Shown here: piece after piece, positions 1-8,726 of the stretch | Layout: each line of letters starts with the position of its first letter | Position numbering within the stretch: the stretch's first letter is position 1 | Origin: an uncultured Deinococcales bacterium | GTDB lineage: Bacteria; Deinococcota; Deinococci; Deinococcales; JAAFIG01 | DNA length: 20,913 bases | Direction of reading: 5' to 3' | Assembly: GCA_964247135.1 (NCBI GenBank) | Contig: CAXTTL010000064.1 | Location: 1-20,913 of the forward strand | The notes under the pieces: model-generated | The model's database searches: none | The model's input: only the letters and a program-made list of their open reading frames with translations | Told to the model about the DNA's origin: nothing | Made by a program: the position numbers and the translations under genes

Positions 1-474
1 ACGACGAACGCGGGTGCTTGCCAGCATGACCCTCGAGCCTGGCAGGTACGCCATTGGACTGCGAACCGTGCCACCAATCCGAATCTCGAAATGCAAGTGT
101 GGTCCGGTGCTGTGACCGGTCGAACCGACTTTTGAAATCAGTTGCCCTTGACGCACGATTTGACCCACCCGAACCAGCAGTCTCGAGTTATGGGCGTAAC
201 AGTATTCGCGTCCATCATTGCCGGTGATTTTAATGAAGTTGCCGTAACCGTGTGGATTCCAGCCCGCGAAGTTCACACGACCCGAAAGCGAGGCGTAAAC
301 GGGTGTACCGATTGGCGCGGCAATGTCAATACCAGTATGTCCGTACCGTCCACCGTAACCTTGGGTGATGATCCCTTGGACGGGCCACAATGGGCGCTCT
401 GTGTACCCAAAACCAATTCCTGTAAACGCGGACAGTGCCACAACCAAGACTGCAATTTTACGCAACAGTTTCAA
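1..474 (-). CDS. M23 family metallopeptidase with signal peptide (3' end runs off window; not in ORF track)
   Basis: Manual translation from TTG at 474 (GAGGAG RBS at 480-485): MKLLRKIAVLVVALSAFTGIGFG..WPVQGIITQGYG..HTGIDIAAPIGTPVYA..YAHNS..VGSTGHSTGPHLHFEIR. HxxxD and HxH zinc motifs are present. Confidence 0.92.
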   Translation of the reverse strand, partial: MKLLRKIAVLVVALSAFTGIGFGYTERPLWPVQGIITQGYGGRYGHTGIDIAAPIGTPVYASLSGRVNFAGWNPHGYGNFIKITGNDGREYCYAHNSRLLVRVGQIVRQGQLISKVGSTGHSTGPHLHFEIRIGGTVRSPMAYLPGSRVMLASTRVRR

Positions 475-615
475 AATTTCTCCTCGAGCAATTTGGTTGA
501 TCTTGGCTTCAGTTCAGCGCTCTTGCGGGGTGTAATGCGGCGGAACAATGTGGTCTGAAGACACCAAATTCTGGGGGTGTACACCGTTCGAGCAGACTCG
601 AGGGTGCAACGCGGC

Positions 616-644
616 AGTTTACACGAATCAAAGTGCTAAGCCAA
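616..644 (-). promoter_or_regulatory. Candidate sigma70 promoter of the M23 gene
   Basis: TTGGCT (644-639), 17 nt spacer, TAAACT (621-616) on the minus strand. Confidence 0.45.
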
Positions 645-701
645 GGTTAAAACGCACATGAGAACCGATCATCGTCACTCGAAGTGTAACAAAATGCGTT
701 G

Positions 702-731
702 AGCATGAGTTTCAGTGCTGAAACTCATGCT
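702..731. repeat. Perfect 14-bp inverted repeat (possible terminator or REP-like element)
   Basis: AGCATGAGTTTCAG-tg-CTGAAACTCATGCT, about 90 nt downstream of the KTSC gene. Confidence 0.7.
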
Positions 732-820
732 TAAAATTGTTGAGCATAAATTCGTTCACGGGCGTATAACGCTCTTAAAATTAGCCAGGGCTAAACGCTC
801 GAGCGTCTTTGCAACCCTCA

Positions 821-1051
821 TTAACGCCCTGTTTTACGATCCGACACCTTGGTTTCGTGGTACGACTCGATGATGTTCTGTCGCGCATAACCGCCGTGCG
901 AGGGCGCATTCATCAGTCCCTCGAATTCTTCTGCGGGTACATCCATGTACTGCCAAACCTCTCCGCTTTTAAATTCCAGCTCGAGTGTTTGGGTGACCTT
1001 GTCGTAACCAATGCTTTTGAGCATACTCGAGTTCACGGTTTTGCGATCCAT
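821..1051 (-). CDS. KTSC domain-containing protein
   Basis: MDRKTVNSSMLKSIGYD..TLELEFKSG..YMDVP..LMNAPSHGGY matches the KTSC pattern. ATG at 1051 follows AAGGTGG. Confidence 0.88.
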   Translation of the reverse strand: MDRKTVNSSMLKSIGYDKVTQTLELEFKSGEVWQYMDVPAEEFEGLMNAPSHGGYARQNIIESYHETKVSDRKTGR

Positions 1052-1161
1052 AATTCCCACCTTTTCCACTAAATTGACATAAGCCCAAGCCTGATGATAT
1101 CAAAAAAAGCTGTACAGACCGAGTTTTAACCTCGAGAATCAATATTTTGGGTCTGTAAGCT

Positions 1162-1167
1162 TAGAAT
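1162..1167 (+). promoter_or_regulatory. -10 box of probable leaderless transcript
   Basis: TAGAAT 6 nt before ATG 1174, no SD sequence. Confidence 0.6.
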
Positions 1168-1173
1168 TTTACA

Positions 1174-2001
1174 ATGCCGACTTACGCCATTGGTGACATT
1201 CACGGATGCCTCGATCAAACCCTCGAGTTACTCAGGAGCGCCGAACTGACCGACCGCTCTGGACATTGGGCAGCCCGAGACGCCCAACTGTGGTTTTTGG
1301 GCGACTTTACCGACCGTGGACCTGACGGCATGGGCGTGATTGACCTGGTCATGCGCCTGGAAAAAGAAGCCATTTTTGAGGGCGGTTTTGTCGGGGCGCT
1401 CTTGGGCAATCACGACCTGATTCTGCAAGAGGTTTATCACTTTGGCAACCATGACGTGCCAGGCTTTAAGCGCGTGGGCAAAAAAGTTGGTTTTATTGAC
1501 ATGTGGATGAAAAACGGCGGCAAAATGACCGACCTCGAGCGACTGACGCCAGAGCGGGTTTCGTGGCTTTTAAACCTGCCAGCCCTCGCCAAAGTTGGCA
1601 ATACCTTATTAATGCACGCCGACAACACCTTTTACCTCAATTACGGCTCGAGCATTCAGGAGGTCAACAAAAACATTCACGCCGTCCTGACCGAACACGA
1701 CATGGAAACCATCGATACGCTCGAGGATCAATTCTCCAAGCGGCTCGAATTTGTTGAACCCGACTTTGCGCAACTGGTCAACATTGCGGACTTTGAGGGT
1801 GGTTTTGCCAGGGCGCAAAAGATGCTCGAGACATTTGGTGGCAGCAAAATTGTTCATGGTCACACACCGATTTTTCGCTTGTTGGATCGCTCACCGATAG
1901 AAGTCACCGAGGCTTGGGCGTATCAAAACGGCTTGTGTGTCAACTTGGATCATTGTTTGTACGCGGGTGGCGAAGGCTTTGTCTACGAAATAAGTGGATA
2001 G
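1174..2001 (+). CDS. Calcineurin-like metallophosphoesterase (PPP Ser/Thr phosphatase-like)
   Basis: GDIHG, GDFTDRG, GNHD and HGHT motifs. Confidence 0.92.
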   Translation: MPTYAIGDIHGCLDQTLELLRSAELTDRSGHWAARDAQLWFLGDFTDRGPDGMGVIDLVMRLEKEAIFEGGFVGALLGNHDLILQEVYHFGNHDVPGFKRVGKKVGFIDMWMKNGGKMTDLERLTPERVSWLLNLPALAKVGNTLLMHADNTFYLNYGSSIQEVNKNIHAVLTEHDMETIDTLEDQFSKRLEFVEPDFAQLVNIADFEGGFARAQKMLETFGGSKIVHGHTPIFRLLDRSPIEVTEAWAYQNGLCVNLDHCLYAGGEGFVYEISG

Positions 2002-2184
2002 CAGTTAGCGATTTACCAATCGCTAAACCCTTCAAGCTTTGGCTTGGAAATTTCGAGCCTCTACAAATATAACTTTCATTCCGGTTTGGTTTCTCGAACT
2101 TTAACGCTTTCTTTGTTGTCACTCGAGGTCTTTGGCTAATGGCTAATTGCTATCTTGCTCATCGCCAATCAACCTCTTTCAACG

Positions 2185-2190
2185 TAGAAT
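2185..2190 (+). promoter_or_regulatory. -10 box of probable leaderless transcript
   Basis: TAGAAT 7 nt before ATG 2198. Confidence 0.6.
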
Positions 2191-2197
2191 CCATTTC

Positions 2198-3418
2198 ATG
2201 ACTCGTCTTATCTGGTTACTCGCCCGTTCGCACCTGCGGCGAAGACGCACCCAAAACCTGATCTCGATAGTGGGTGTAGCGATTGGTGTCATGGTTTTGA
2301 CCACCGCGCTGTCCTTGACCAACGGTTTTGTCAAAACCTTGATCGACACGACCATCAAAGCCCAGCCGCACATCACGCTTCAGGCTTGGGATCAGGAACA
2401 GGGCGGCACCCCGCCAGACCCCAAACTCGAGCAGCGTCTCTCGAGCAACAAAGAGGTGGTCGGCTGGTCGCGTTACGTTCTCACGCAAGGCTTGCTGACA
2501 CGTCGCGCCAGCAGCGGCAAGGGCGGCAGCACCGGCTTTGCCCAGGTTTACGGCGTGGACACCAAACGCGAGGCTGGGGCATTAAACCTCGAGTCCGAGG
2601 ACCGTGTTCAACTCGAGCAATTGCCGCCAGACGGAATTTTGTTGGGTTACGATTTGGCACGTTCGATGCGGCTGATTGTGGGTGACACGATTTATGTGGT
2701 GTCCACCAAGGGTTTGGACATCTCGAGCGCGGTGAAGCAGAAATTTCGCTTTTCGGGCACCTTTCGCACCCGCAATTACCAGATCGACAGCGTTTTTGGG
2801 TTTGTCAATATTCAAGCCCTACAAGACCTGATGGGACTGGGACCGAACATCATGGGCTATCACGTGCGCCTGTCCGACGCCGAACGCGCCATAGGTTTGG
2901 CGAACACCTTGCCCCTCGACCTCGAGCCTGGGAAAATACGTCCGACCAATTTTTATGGTCGCCCCTGGCAGGACATCAACCAGACCTTGATTGCGCAAAT
3001 GCAGTTGCAAAAAAACATCATTTCGATTGTGCTGCTGCTGATCGTGATCGTTGCCGCGTTCGGCATTGTGAATGTACTCGTCTTGACCGTCTTTGAAAAA
3101 ACCCCCGAGATTGCCATCTTGCGAGCGATGGGCGCAAAAGCCAGCGTGATTCAACAGGTTTTCTTGCTCGAGGGTTTTGTCCTGGGGTTTTTGGGGATGC
3201 TTTTGGGCAATCTTTTGGGATTCATCTTGAGCCTGTATTTCACCTTGTATCCGTACCGTTTGCCTGGGGATTTGTATTTTATTACTGCACTACCCGCACA
3301 AATGAAAGCCTTCGATTTCGTCTGGGTCAGTATTGCATCGTTATTGACGACACTGGTCGCAGGTTTTATTCCCGCCCGTCGCGCCGCCAACATTCAACCA
3401 GCACGAATCATTCGCTAA
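2198..3418 (+). CDS. LolC/E-family (MacB/FtsX-type) ABC transporter permease
   Basis: N-terminal ISIVGVAIGV TM helix, periplasmic domain, EKTPEIAILRAMGA, three C-terminal TMs ending PARRAANIQP. Start moved to ATG 2198. Confidence 0.9.
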   Translation: MTRLIWLLARSHLRRRRTQNLISIVGVAIGVMVLTTALSLTNGFVKTLIDTTIKAQPHITLQAWDQEQGGTPPDPKLEQRLSSNKEVVGWSRYVLTQGLLTRRASSGKGGSTGFAQVYGVDTKREAGALNLESEDRVQLEQLPPDGILLGYDLARSMRLIVGDTIYVVSTKGLDISSAVKQKFRFSGTFRTRNYQIDSVFGFVNIQALQDLMGLGPNIMGYHVRLSDAERAIGLANTLPLDLEPGKIRPTNFYGRPWQDINQTLIAQMQLQKNIISIVLLLIVIVAAFGIVNVLVLTVFEKTPEIAILRAMGAKASVIQQVFLLEGFVLGFLGMLLGNLLGFILSLYFTLYPYRLPGDLYFITALPAQMKAFDFVWVSIASLLTTLVAGFIPARRAANIQPARIIR

Positions 3419-3449
3419 ACCTCGAGACAAATCCCGCTGCCTCGAGGTT
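3418..3449. terminator. CTCGAG-based hairpin between convergent genes
   Basis: AACCTCGAG...CTCGAGGTT stem, no clear U-tract. Confidence 0.45.
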
Positions 3450-3510
3450 GGGAAATCAGTTCAAAAACAAATCAAAAACCCGAGTCTTTATTTTTAAAAA
3501 TTGTTGTTCT

Positions 3511-3538
3511 GTAGGGGCGCATGGCAATGCGCCCCTAC
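3511..3538. repeat. GTAG-type REP palindrome
   Basis: GTAGGGGCGCAT-ggca-ATGCGCCCCTAC with perfect 12-bp arms. Confidence 0.75.
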
Positions 3539-3547
3539 GTTGGAATT

Positions 3548-5584
3548 TCAAGCGTGGGCGAGTTCGGCTTTTCTCGAGTTGATGATTTTTTCGGCTTGCA
3601 GGGTTGGAACTTGCGCGTAAGAATCAAATTTGAGGCTGTACACGCCGCGCCCACTGGTCAGGCTGTGCAACTCTGGCGAATAATTTTGCACCTCCGCCAA
3701 TGGCACAAGCGCACTGATGACGGTGACCCCACCTTCGGGGTCCATGCCCTGCACTTTGGCGCGGCGGGTGTTCAGATCGCCCAGAATATCGCCCGTGTAC
3801 CGTTCGGGCACGCGAACTTTTAAGAGCATGATCGGCTCGAGCAGCGCGGGTTTGGCTTTTTCGGCGGCGTTGCGCAGTCCAATGCTGCCCGCCGTTTTGA
3901 ACGCCATGTCCGAGGAGTCCACATCGTGATAACTGCCGTCGTAAACCACGACTTTGATGTTTTGCAAGGGGTATCCCGCCAGTGCGCCGTGATGTCTGGC
4001 TTCTTCCACACCTTTTTCGATGCTGGGAATGTATTTGGTCGGCACCACCCCGCCGATCACTTCGGAGGCAAACTCAAATTCGGCACTCGAGGGTTCAATC
4101 CGCAGCCAGCAGTCGCCGTATTGCCCGTGACCGCCGGATTGCCGTTTGAACTTGCCTTGTGCCTGCGCCGATGCCAGCACCGTTTCGCGGTAGGCAATTT
4201 TGGGCAAACTCGAGGTGATGTTGACGCCGTACAATCCCAGTTTTTCGACCGCAATCTCGAGGTGAGTGTGACCCATGCCCGAGAGCAAACTTTCCGCCGT
4301 TTCGGTGTTGCGAGTCAGGTGAAGCGTGGGGTCTTCCTCGAGCAACTTGCCGAGCGCAGTGCCGAGTTTGTCCTCGTCCGAACGCGTCGCCGCATGAATC
4401 GCCAGGCTCGAGATGGCTTCTGGCAACTCGAGCGGTCCAAAATCAATTTGGTTGTTTGGGTCGCACAGGGTGTCGCCCGTGTGCAAGTCTGGGACTTTGG
4501 TGATCGCGCCAATCATGCCCGCCTCGAGCAACGGCACCTCGATCAATTCCTTGCCGCGCAGGGTGTAGAGGTGCGCGGGTTTGAAATCCCTGTCCGAATG
4601 CGAGTTTCTGACCGTGTCACCTGGGCGCAGTTGCCCGCTCCAGACGCGGACATAAGCGACTTTCCCAACAAAAGGATCAATCGCCGTGCGCCAAACCCGA
4701 GCCGAGAATGGCGCGTCAGTATTTGGCGCTCGAGTTTGCCCGTCAACGCCAACCACTTCGGGGCGCTCTTCGGGTGCTCGGAGCGCCTCGACCATCAAAT
4801 TCAAAAGTGGTTCTAAACCCACCAAACTCGAGGAACTCAGCGGCAAGACCGGAAACAATTCGCCGTGATGCACCGCCTCGAGAAACGCGTTTTTGATTGC
4901 CTCTTCCTCGAGTGGTTCGTCGGACAAATATTGTTCCATCAAGCCTTCATTGGTTTCGACAATCGCCTCAATCAACTTGGTTCGGTGCGCTCGAGTGGAT
5001 TCCGCCAGCGCTTCGGGAATTTCTTGAATCTCGAGTTTACCTTTGTTGTACACATAGGCTTTGTCGGAGAGCAGGTCAATCACGCCGCGAAAATTGCTTT
5101 CCGAACCGATTGGAATGTGCGATGCCACCGCCCGCTGCGACAGCGTGTCATGCACACTGTGCAACGCACCAAAAAAATCTGAATGCTCGCGGTCGAGTTT
5201 GCCCACCACCACAATGCGGGGCATGTTGAACTCGTCCGCCGTTTTCCAGACCCGTTCCGTACCCACCGACACGCCCGAGGTCGCGCTGACCACGATCAAA
5301 CTCGAGTCTGCCGCCCGCATCGCGCCGCGAATTTCACCGACAAAATCGGCGTAACCAGGTGCGTCCAATAAATTCAGGCTCGTATCTTGCCAAGTCAAAT
5401 TCAGCACGCTGGTCGCCACACTCATGCCACGTTTTTTTTCGGTTTCCGTATGATCGCTGGCGGTCGTGCCATCCTCGACGCGTCCCAACCGATCTCGAGC
5501 GCCCGCTTTGAACAGCAAGCCTTCAACCAAACTGGTTTTTCCTGCGCCGTTATGACCGACCACCGAAACGTTTCTGACGCGCAC
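3548..5584 (-). CDS. fusA2: Elongation factor G-like protein (EF-G2)
   Basis: GHNGAGKT, RGMSV, DAPGYADF, GKLD, QSGGHGQYG and YHDVDSS motifs; stand-alone location outside the str operon. GTG 5584 lies 7 nt after GAGGAGGT. Confidence 0.92.
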   Translation of the reverse strand: MRVRNVSVVGHNGAGKTSLVEGLLFKAGARDRLGRVEDGTTASDHTETEKKRGMSVATSVLNLTWQDTSLNLLDAPGYADFVGEIRGAMRAADSSLIVVSATSGVSVGTERVWKTADEFNMPRIVVVGKLDREHSDFFGALHSVHDTLSQRAVASHIPIGSESNFRGVIDLLSDKAYVYNKGKLEIQEIPEALAESTRAHRTKLIEAIVETNEGLMEQYLSDEPLEEEAIKNAFLEAVHHGELFPVLPLSSSSLVGLEPLLNLMVEALRAPEERPEVVGVDGQTRAPNTDAPFSARVWRTAIDPFVGKVAYVRVWSGQLRPGDTVRNSHSDRDFKPAHLYTLRGKELIEVPLLEAGMIGAITKVPDLHTGDTLCDPNNQIDFGPLELPEAISSLAIHAATRSDEDKLGTALGKLLEEDPTLHLTRNTETAESLLSGMGHTHLEIAVEKLGLYGVNITSSLPKIAYRETVLASAQAQGKFKRQSGGHGQYGDCWLRIEPSSAEFEFASEVIGGVVPTKYIPSIEKGVEEARHHGALAGYPLQNIKVVVYDGSYHDVDSSDMAFKTAGSIGLRNAAEKAKPALLEPIMLLKVRVPERYTGDILGDLNTRRAKVQGMDPEGGVTVISALVPLAEVQNYSPELHSLTSGRGVYSLKFDSYAQVPTLQAEKIINSRKAELAHA

Positions 5585-5790
5585 AACAACCACCTCCTCG
5601 AGAACAAAGACGGGTTTGGAAACGCCGAACGGACAACAACCTTGGCTTGGGTTGAACGTCAAGATTGTGGATAGACCTCGAGTCTACACCTCGGGATGCG
5701 GGTGATGCGCTGGGTTTTGAGAATTGGAGACAGGGCTAAAAGTGTGATGACCTTGGTCAATGAGGCTTTCTTCTCAAAACAACGATATTG

Positions 5791-5848
5791 GTAGGGTGCG
5801 CCCTGCGCACCGTTGCACTGTGCTGATGGTGCGCGAGGCGCACCCTAC
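5791..5848. repeat. Inverted REP doublet (REPIN-like)
   Basis: GTAGGGTGCGCCCTGCGCACC (5791-5811), 16-nt spacer, inverted copy GTAGGGTGCGCCTCGCGCACC (5848-5828). Confidence 0.8.
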
Positions 5849-5932
5849 AGGTTTGGTGTGGTTGGGAGGACGATTCGGAATCTTGAGGGTCAACACACTT
5901 TTATGGGTATCTCTCAGAAGTGTTGTGCTAAC

Positions 5933-5969
5933 AAAAAACTCGAGGCAAAAAATATTCTGCCTCGAGTTT
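5933..5969 (-). terminator. Intrinsic terminator of the lipoprotein gene
   Basis: AAACTCGAGGCA / TGCCTCGAGTTT stem ending in a T6 run on the minus strand. Confidence 0.75.
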
Positions 5970-5990
5970 GATTGAAATGTCTTGTGGTGC

Positions 5991-6500
5991 TCAGAACAAG
6001 GTCACGGATGCGATCATATCCGTCAATTTTAAAGTCAAGTTGGCACTAAAACCCGATTTGACTTCAAGTCCAAGCCATATTTTCCCAGAGTTGACGGCTT
6101 GTTTTATGACATCGCCACCAATTTCAAAACTGGTTTTGCTGCCCTGCAACGTCAGGTCGCCTGTCAGCTTGGTTTGACTGGCGGCTGGGCACGAAATCAT
6201 CACGCCAAACGAACTGCAATTTGGATCGTTTTTGGGATCGGTGGTGCGTCCGTAAATCACCGCGCCGACGCTGGGCGTACCAATGGAAGCCGCCGAAGCC
6301 TGACCGCGTACCACCACGCTGGCAACGTTGACGGGCGACTGTGAAAAAGCGCTGGCAGCCGATGGGTACATGACGCTGCCAGAGGTTGGGGCGGTCGCAC
6401 CAAAGCTGTAATTTGCGGGGTCAACCGCTATCGAAATCGGCAGGGCATTGCAGGCGCTCAGGGCAACAACCAGTGTGGGCAGTAAGAACAATCGTTTCAT
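5991..6500 (-). CDS. Hypothetical lipoprotein
   Basis: MKRLFLLPTLVVALSA-C lipobox. ATG 6500 lies 7 nt after TGA-TAATTT (extended -10-like). Confidence 0.8.
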   Translation of the reverse strand: MKRLFLLPTLVVALSACNALPISIAVDPANYSFGATAPTSGSVMYPSAASAFSQSPVNVASVVVRGQASAASIGTPSVGAVIYGRTTDPKNDPNCSSFGVMISCPAASQTKLTGDLTLQGSKTSFEIGGDVIKQAVNSGKIWLGLEVKSGFSANLTLKLTDMIASVTLF

Positions 6501-6561
6501 CGGTTTTAAATTATCATCCTGGGACATTTTGGACTGTGCAAAATCCGCAAATTTCAACGCT

Positions 6562-7620
6562 TTACAACACGTCTTTGGTCGTGCCCCTGGCTTTATAATT
6601 CATGTAATTTTTGCGCAACCGAAACGCCGTGTTCATCAAGCTCGAGATGGGTGAAAGACTTTGCTCGTAAGCTGGGAAAAAGACTTTTTGCCCGCCGAGG
6701 CGTTCTTTAAATTCGTAGACACCAAAGCTGTGTTTGTCGCTCGAGATGGTTTTGGGAATGCCGAACAAATCCAGGTACTTGTAACCTTTCGCCATGCCGT
6801 GGCGAATCATGCCCCAGTAAAAACCGTTGCTGGCTTTCGGGTCTTTCTCGCCCTCCTTGCGCTCGAGGCGCGTGCTGCCGCCGTAGAGGTAATTCAGGTC
6901 GTGACCCAGCCCGATAATCAAACCACTGGCGAGCGGAACACCGTCGTAACGCGCCGTGATGATCGTCGCCTCGCCACCGAATTTGTTGCATTCTTTCCAG
7001 ACCGCCTCGTAATAATTTTTTTGGCGCTGCAACAAACTCGAGCGCCTGTTGGTTTCGGAAAAAAGCGCCCAGAAGCTTTCAAAATCGTCTTCGGGCTGTG
7101 CGGTCACGCCCAGTTTCAGGCTGGTGCGGGTGTTGCGCCGCGCCATTTCGTGCATGTTCTTAAAAAACTCGTCTTCGGGTTTGGTCAAATCCAGCAAAAT
7201 CGTGTGCTCGGGTTGAATGGTGCTCGAGTTTTTCCAAACGCCGTAACTTTCGGGAATGTTGCTGCCCGTGCCGTCGGACAAGAGCGGAATCGGTGGTTCG
7301 ATTTTGATGCTGACATCTCCAGCGCCAGCCCAGGCTTTGAGCGCCGCGCCCACGTCCTCGAGTTCGCTAAACGAATTCATGGCGGGACCACGCGGGCAGT
7401 ACAAGAAACTCAAACCCGTTTGCTTGCGCCTTAAGACTTGCGCGGCGGCGAACGGAACGCCGTCACGCTCGAGCTTTAAACGGTGCGGCGTCCAACCGCT
7501 CACGCGGCGCACTTCACCGAAGCCCCAACCTTGCAAAGCGCTGTAATGCGAGAAACTGGTGACGAGTTGATTCCACTCGAGCGGGTCGGAGATGATGGTG
7601 GTGATGATTTTACGGCTCAC
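6562..7620 (-). CDS. FemABX family peptidoglycan bridge peptidyltransferase (lipid II:glycine glycyltransferase-like)
   Basis: LQGWGFGEVR..GW, YCPRGP, IKIEP, QPEHTILLDL, YLYGGS, GVYEFKERLGG. Probable GTG start at 7620, 6 nt after TATCAT. Confidence 0.88.
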   Translation of the reverse strand: MSRKIITTIISDPLEWNQLVTSFSHYSALQGWGFGEVRRVSGWTPHRLKLERDGVPFAAAQVLRRKQTGLSFLYCPRGPAMNSFSELEDVGAALKAWAGAGDVSIKIEPPIPLLSDGTGSNIPESYGVWKNSSTIQPEHTILLDLTKPEDEFFKNMHEMARRNTRTSLKLGVTAQPEDDFESFWALFSETNRRSSLLQRQKNYYEAVWKECNKFGGEATIITARYDGVPLASGLIIGLGHDLNYLYGGSTRLERKEGEKDPKASNGFYWGMIRHGMAKGYKYLDLFGIPKTISSDKHSFGVYEFKERLGGQKVFFPAYEQSLSPISSLMNTAFRLRKNYMNYKARGTTKDVL

Positions 7621-7697
7621 GCTGGGATGATACCGCGAAACTTTGAGGGGATTCTCATGGAGGTTTTGCTTTGTTAGGAAGCTCGAGTATTCAAAGT

Positions 7698-7727
7698 TTG
7701 ACATCCAACTCGAGCGCAAGTTACCGT
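7698..7727 (+). promoter_or_regulatory. birA promoter (probably leaderless)
   Basis: TTGACA (7698-7703), 18 nt, TACCGT (7722-7727), 7 nt, GTG. Confidence 0.6.
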
Positions 7728-7755
7728 TAACCTCGTGCCAGTTTCAGAGTTAACG
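7725..7755. promoter_or_regulatory. BirA operator-like dyad
   Basis: CGTTAACC-N15-AGTTAACG resembles the BirA box TGTnAACC-N14..16-GGTTnACA. Confidence 0.65.
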
Positions 7756-8697
7756 TCAGGCTCGAGGTTCACAGTGTTGCAAATCTTGCAAACTGTGAGT
7801 GGCGTGTTTGTTTCTGGCGAAAACCTGGCGGTGAAACTTGGTGTTTCTCGAGTCGCCATCTGGAAACTGATCTCGAGTTTGGAAACTGAAGGCTACCCGA
7901 TTGAACGCAGCAGCAAAGGTTATCGGTTGGCGGTTGACGCGCCAACGCCGCAAGGTTTGCCGTTTCCGCTCGAGTACAAAGCCAGCACCACTTCAACCCA
8001 AGACGATGCTCGAGTGTTGGCGCGGTCTGGAGCGCCAGAGTTCAGCACGGTGCTTTCAGAGATTCAAACCGCAGGGCGTGGGCGTCGTGCCAAAGTCTGG
8101 CATTCGCCGAGCGGTGTGGGTCTGTACTTCACGGTTTTGCTGCGACCCACGCGACCCGTGACCGAATTGGGCGTGCTGCCCCTTCTGGCGGGTGTGGCAT
8201 TGCAACGCGCCATCAAACTCGAGACTGGGTTTGAAGCGCTCTTAAAATGGTCTAATGACTTGCTGGCAAGCGATGGACGCAAACTGGCGGGTATTTTGCT
8301 TGAGGCTGAACTCGAGGATGGCATGGCGCGGTTTGTTTTGTTGGGCATGGGTTTGAACGTGCGAATTCAGGATTTTCCGATTGATATTCCTGCGGCAGCA
8401 CTCGAGGAATTTGTGTCAACGGTCAACCGCAAAAAACTGCTCTCAACCATCATGCTCGAGTTGCAAAAGTTGTACCAAAGCTGGTCAGAACACGGCTCGA
8501 GCGTGGTGATCAAAGCTTGGCGCGAATCGAACGCGACGCTGGGGCGCGAAGTCAGTGTGCTGGAACCAAACGGCTCGAGTTTTTCTGGGGTGGCGCAGGA
8601 CATTACTAACGATGGTGCGTTGATCGTCAAAACCGCTGGCGGCATCAAAACCGTCAACGCTGGCGAAGTCAGTTTAAAGTTTGTCTCCAACGGGTGA
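7735..8697 (+). CDS. birA: Bifunctional biotin--[acetyl-CoA carboxylase] ligase / biotin repressor
   Basis: N-terminal HTH (SGENLAVKLGVSRVAIWK), STQD, QTAGRGRR..W.SP, KWSND, KLAGIL. Confidence 0.95.
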   Translation: MPVSELTSGSRFTVLQILQTVSGVFVSGENLAVKLGVSRVAIWKLISSLETEGYPIERSSKGYRLAVDAPTPQGLPFPLEYKASTTSTQDDARVLARSGAPEFSTVLSEIQTAGRGRRAKVWHSPSGVGLYFTVLLRPTRPVTELGVLPLLAGVALQRAIKLETGFEALLKWSNDLLASDGRKLAGILLEAELEDGMARFVLLGMGLNVRIQDFPIDIPAAALEEFVSTVNRKKLLSTIMLELQKLYQSWSEHGSSVVIKAWRESNATLGREVSVLEPNGSSFSGVAQDITNDGALIVKTAGGIKTVNAGEVSLKFVSNG

Positions 8698-8726
8698 AAT
8701 CACCCTCGAGAATCGAAAGGAAGCCT

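Noticed and set aside
142-558. 138-aa plus-strand ORF
   Set aside because: Antisense shadow of the M23 peptidase gene.
481-610. c-di-AMP (ydaO) riboswitch upstream of the M23 gene
   Set aside because: Only a GCTGAA fragment is seen; the other conserved segments are absent.
2005-2152. 9-bp hairpin (2005-2026) and TGGCTAA heptamer repeats (2133-2152)
   Set aside because: No U-tract, and only about 2.5 short repeats; too weak to assign.
3926-4816. 296-aa plus-strand ORF
   Set aside because: Antisense shadow of EF-G2 with no recognisable motifs.
6661-7434. 257-aa plus-strand ORF
   Set aside because: Antisense shadow of the FemABX gene.
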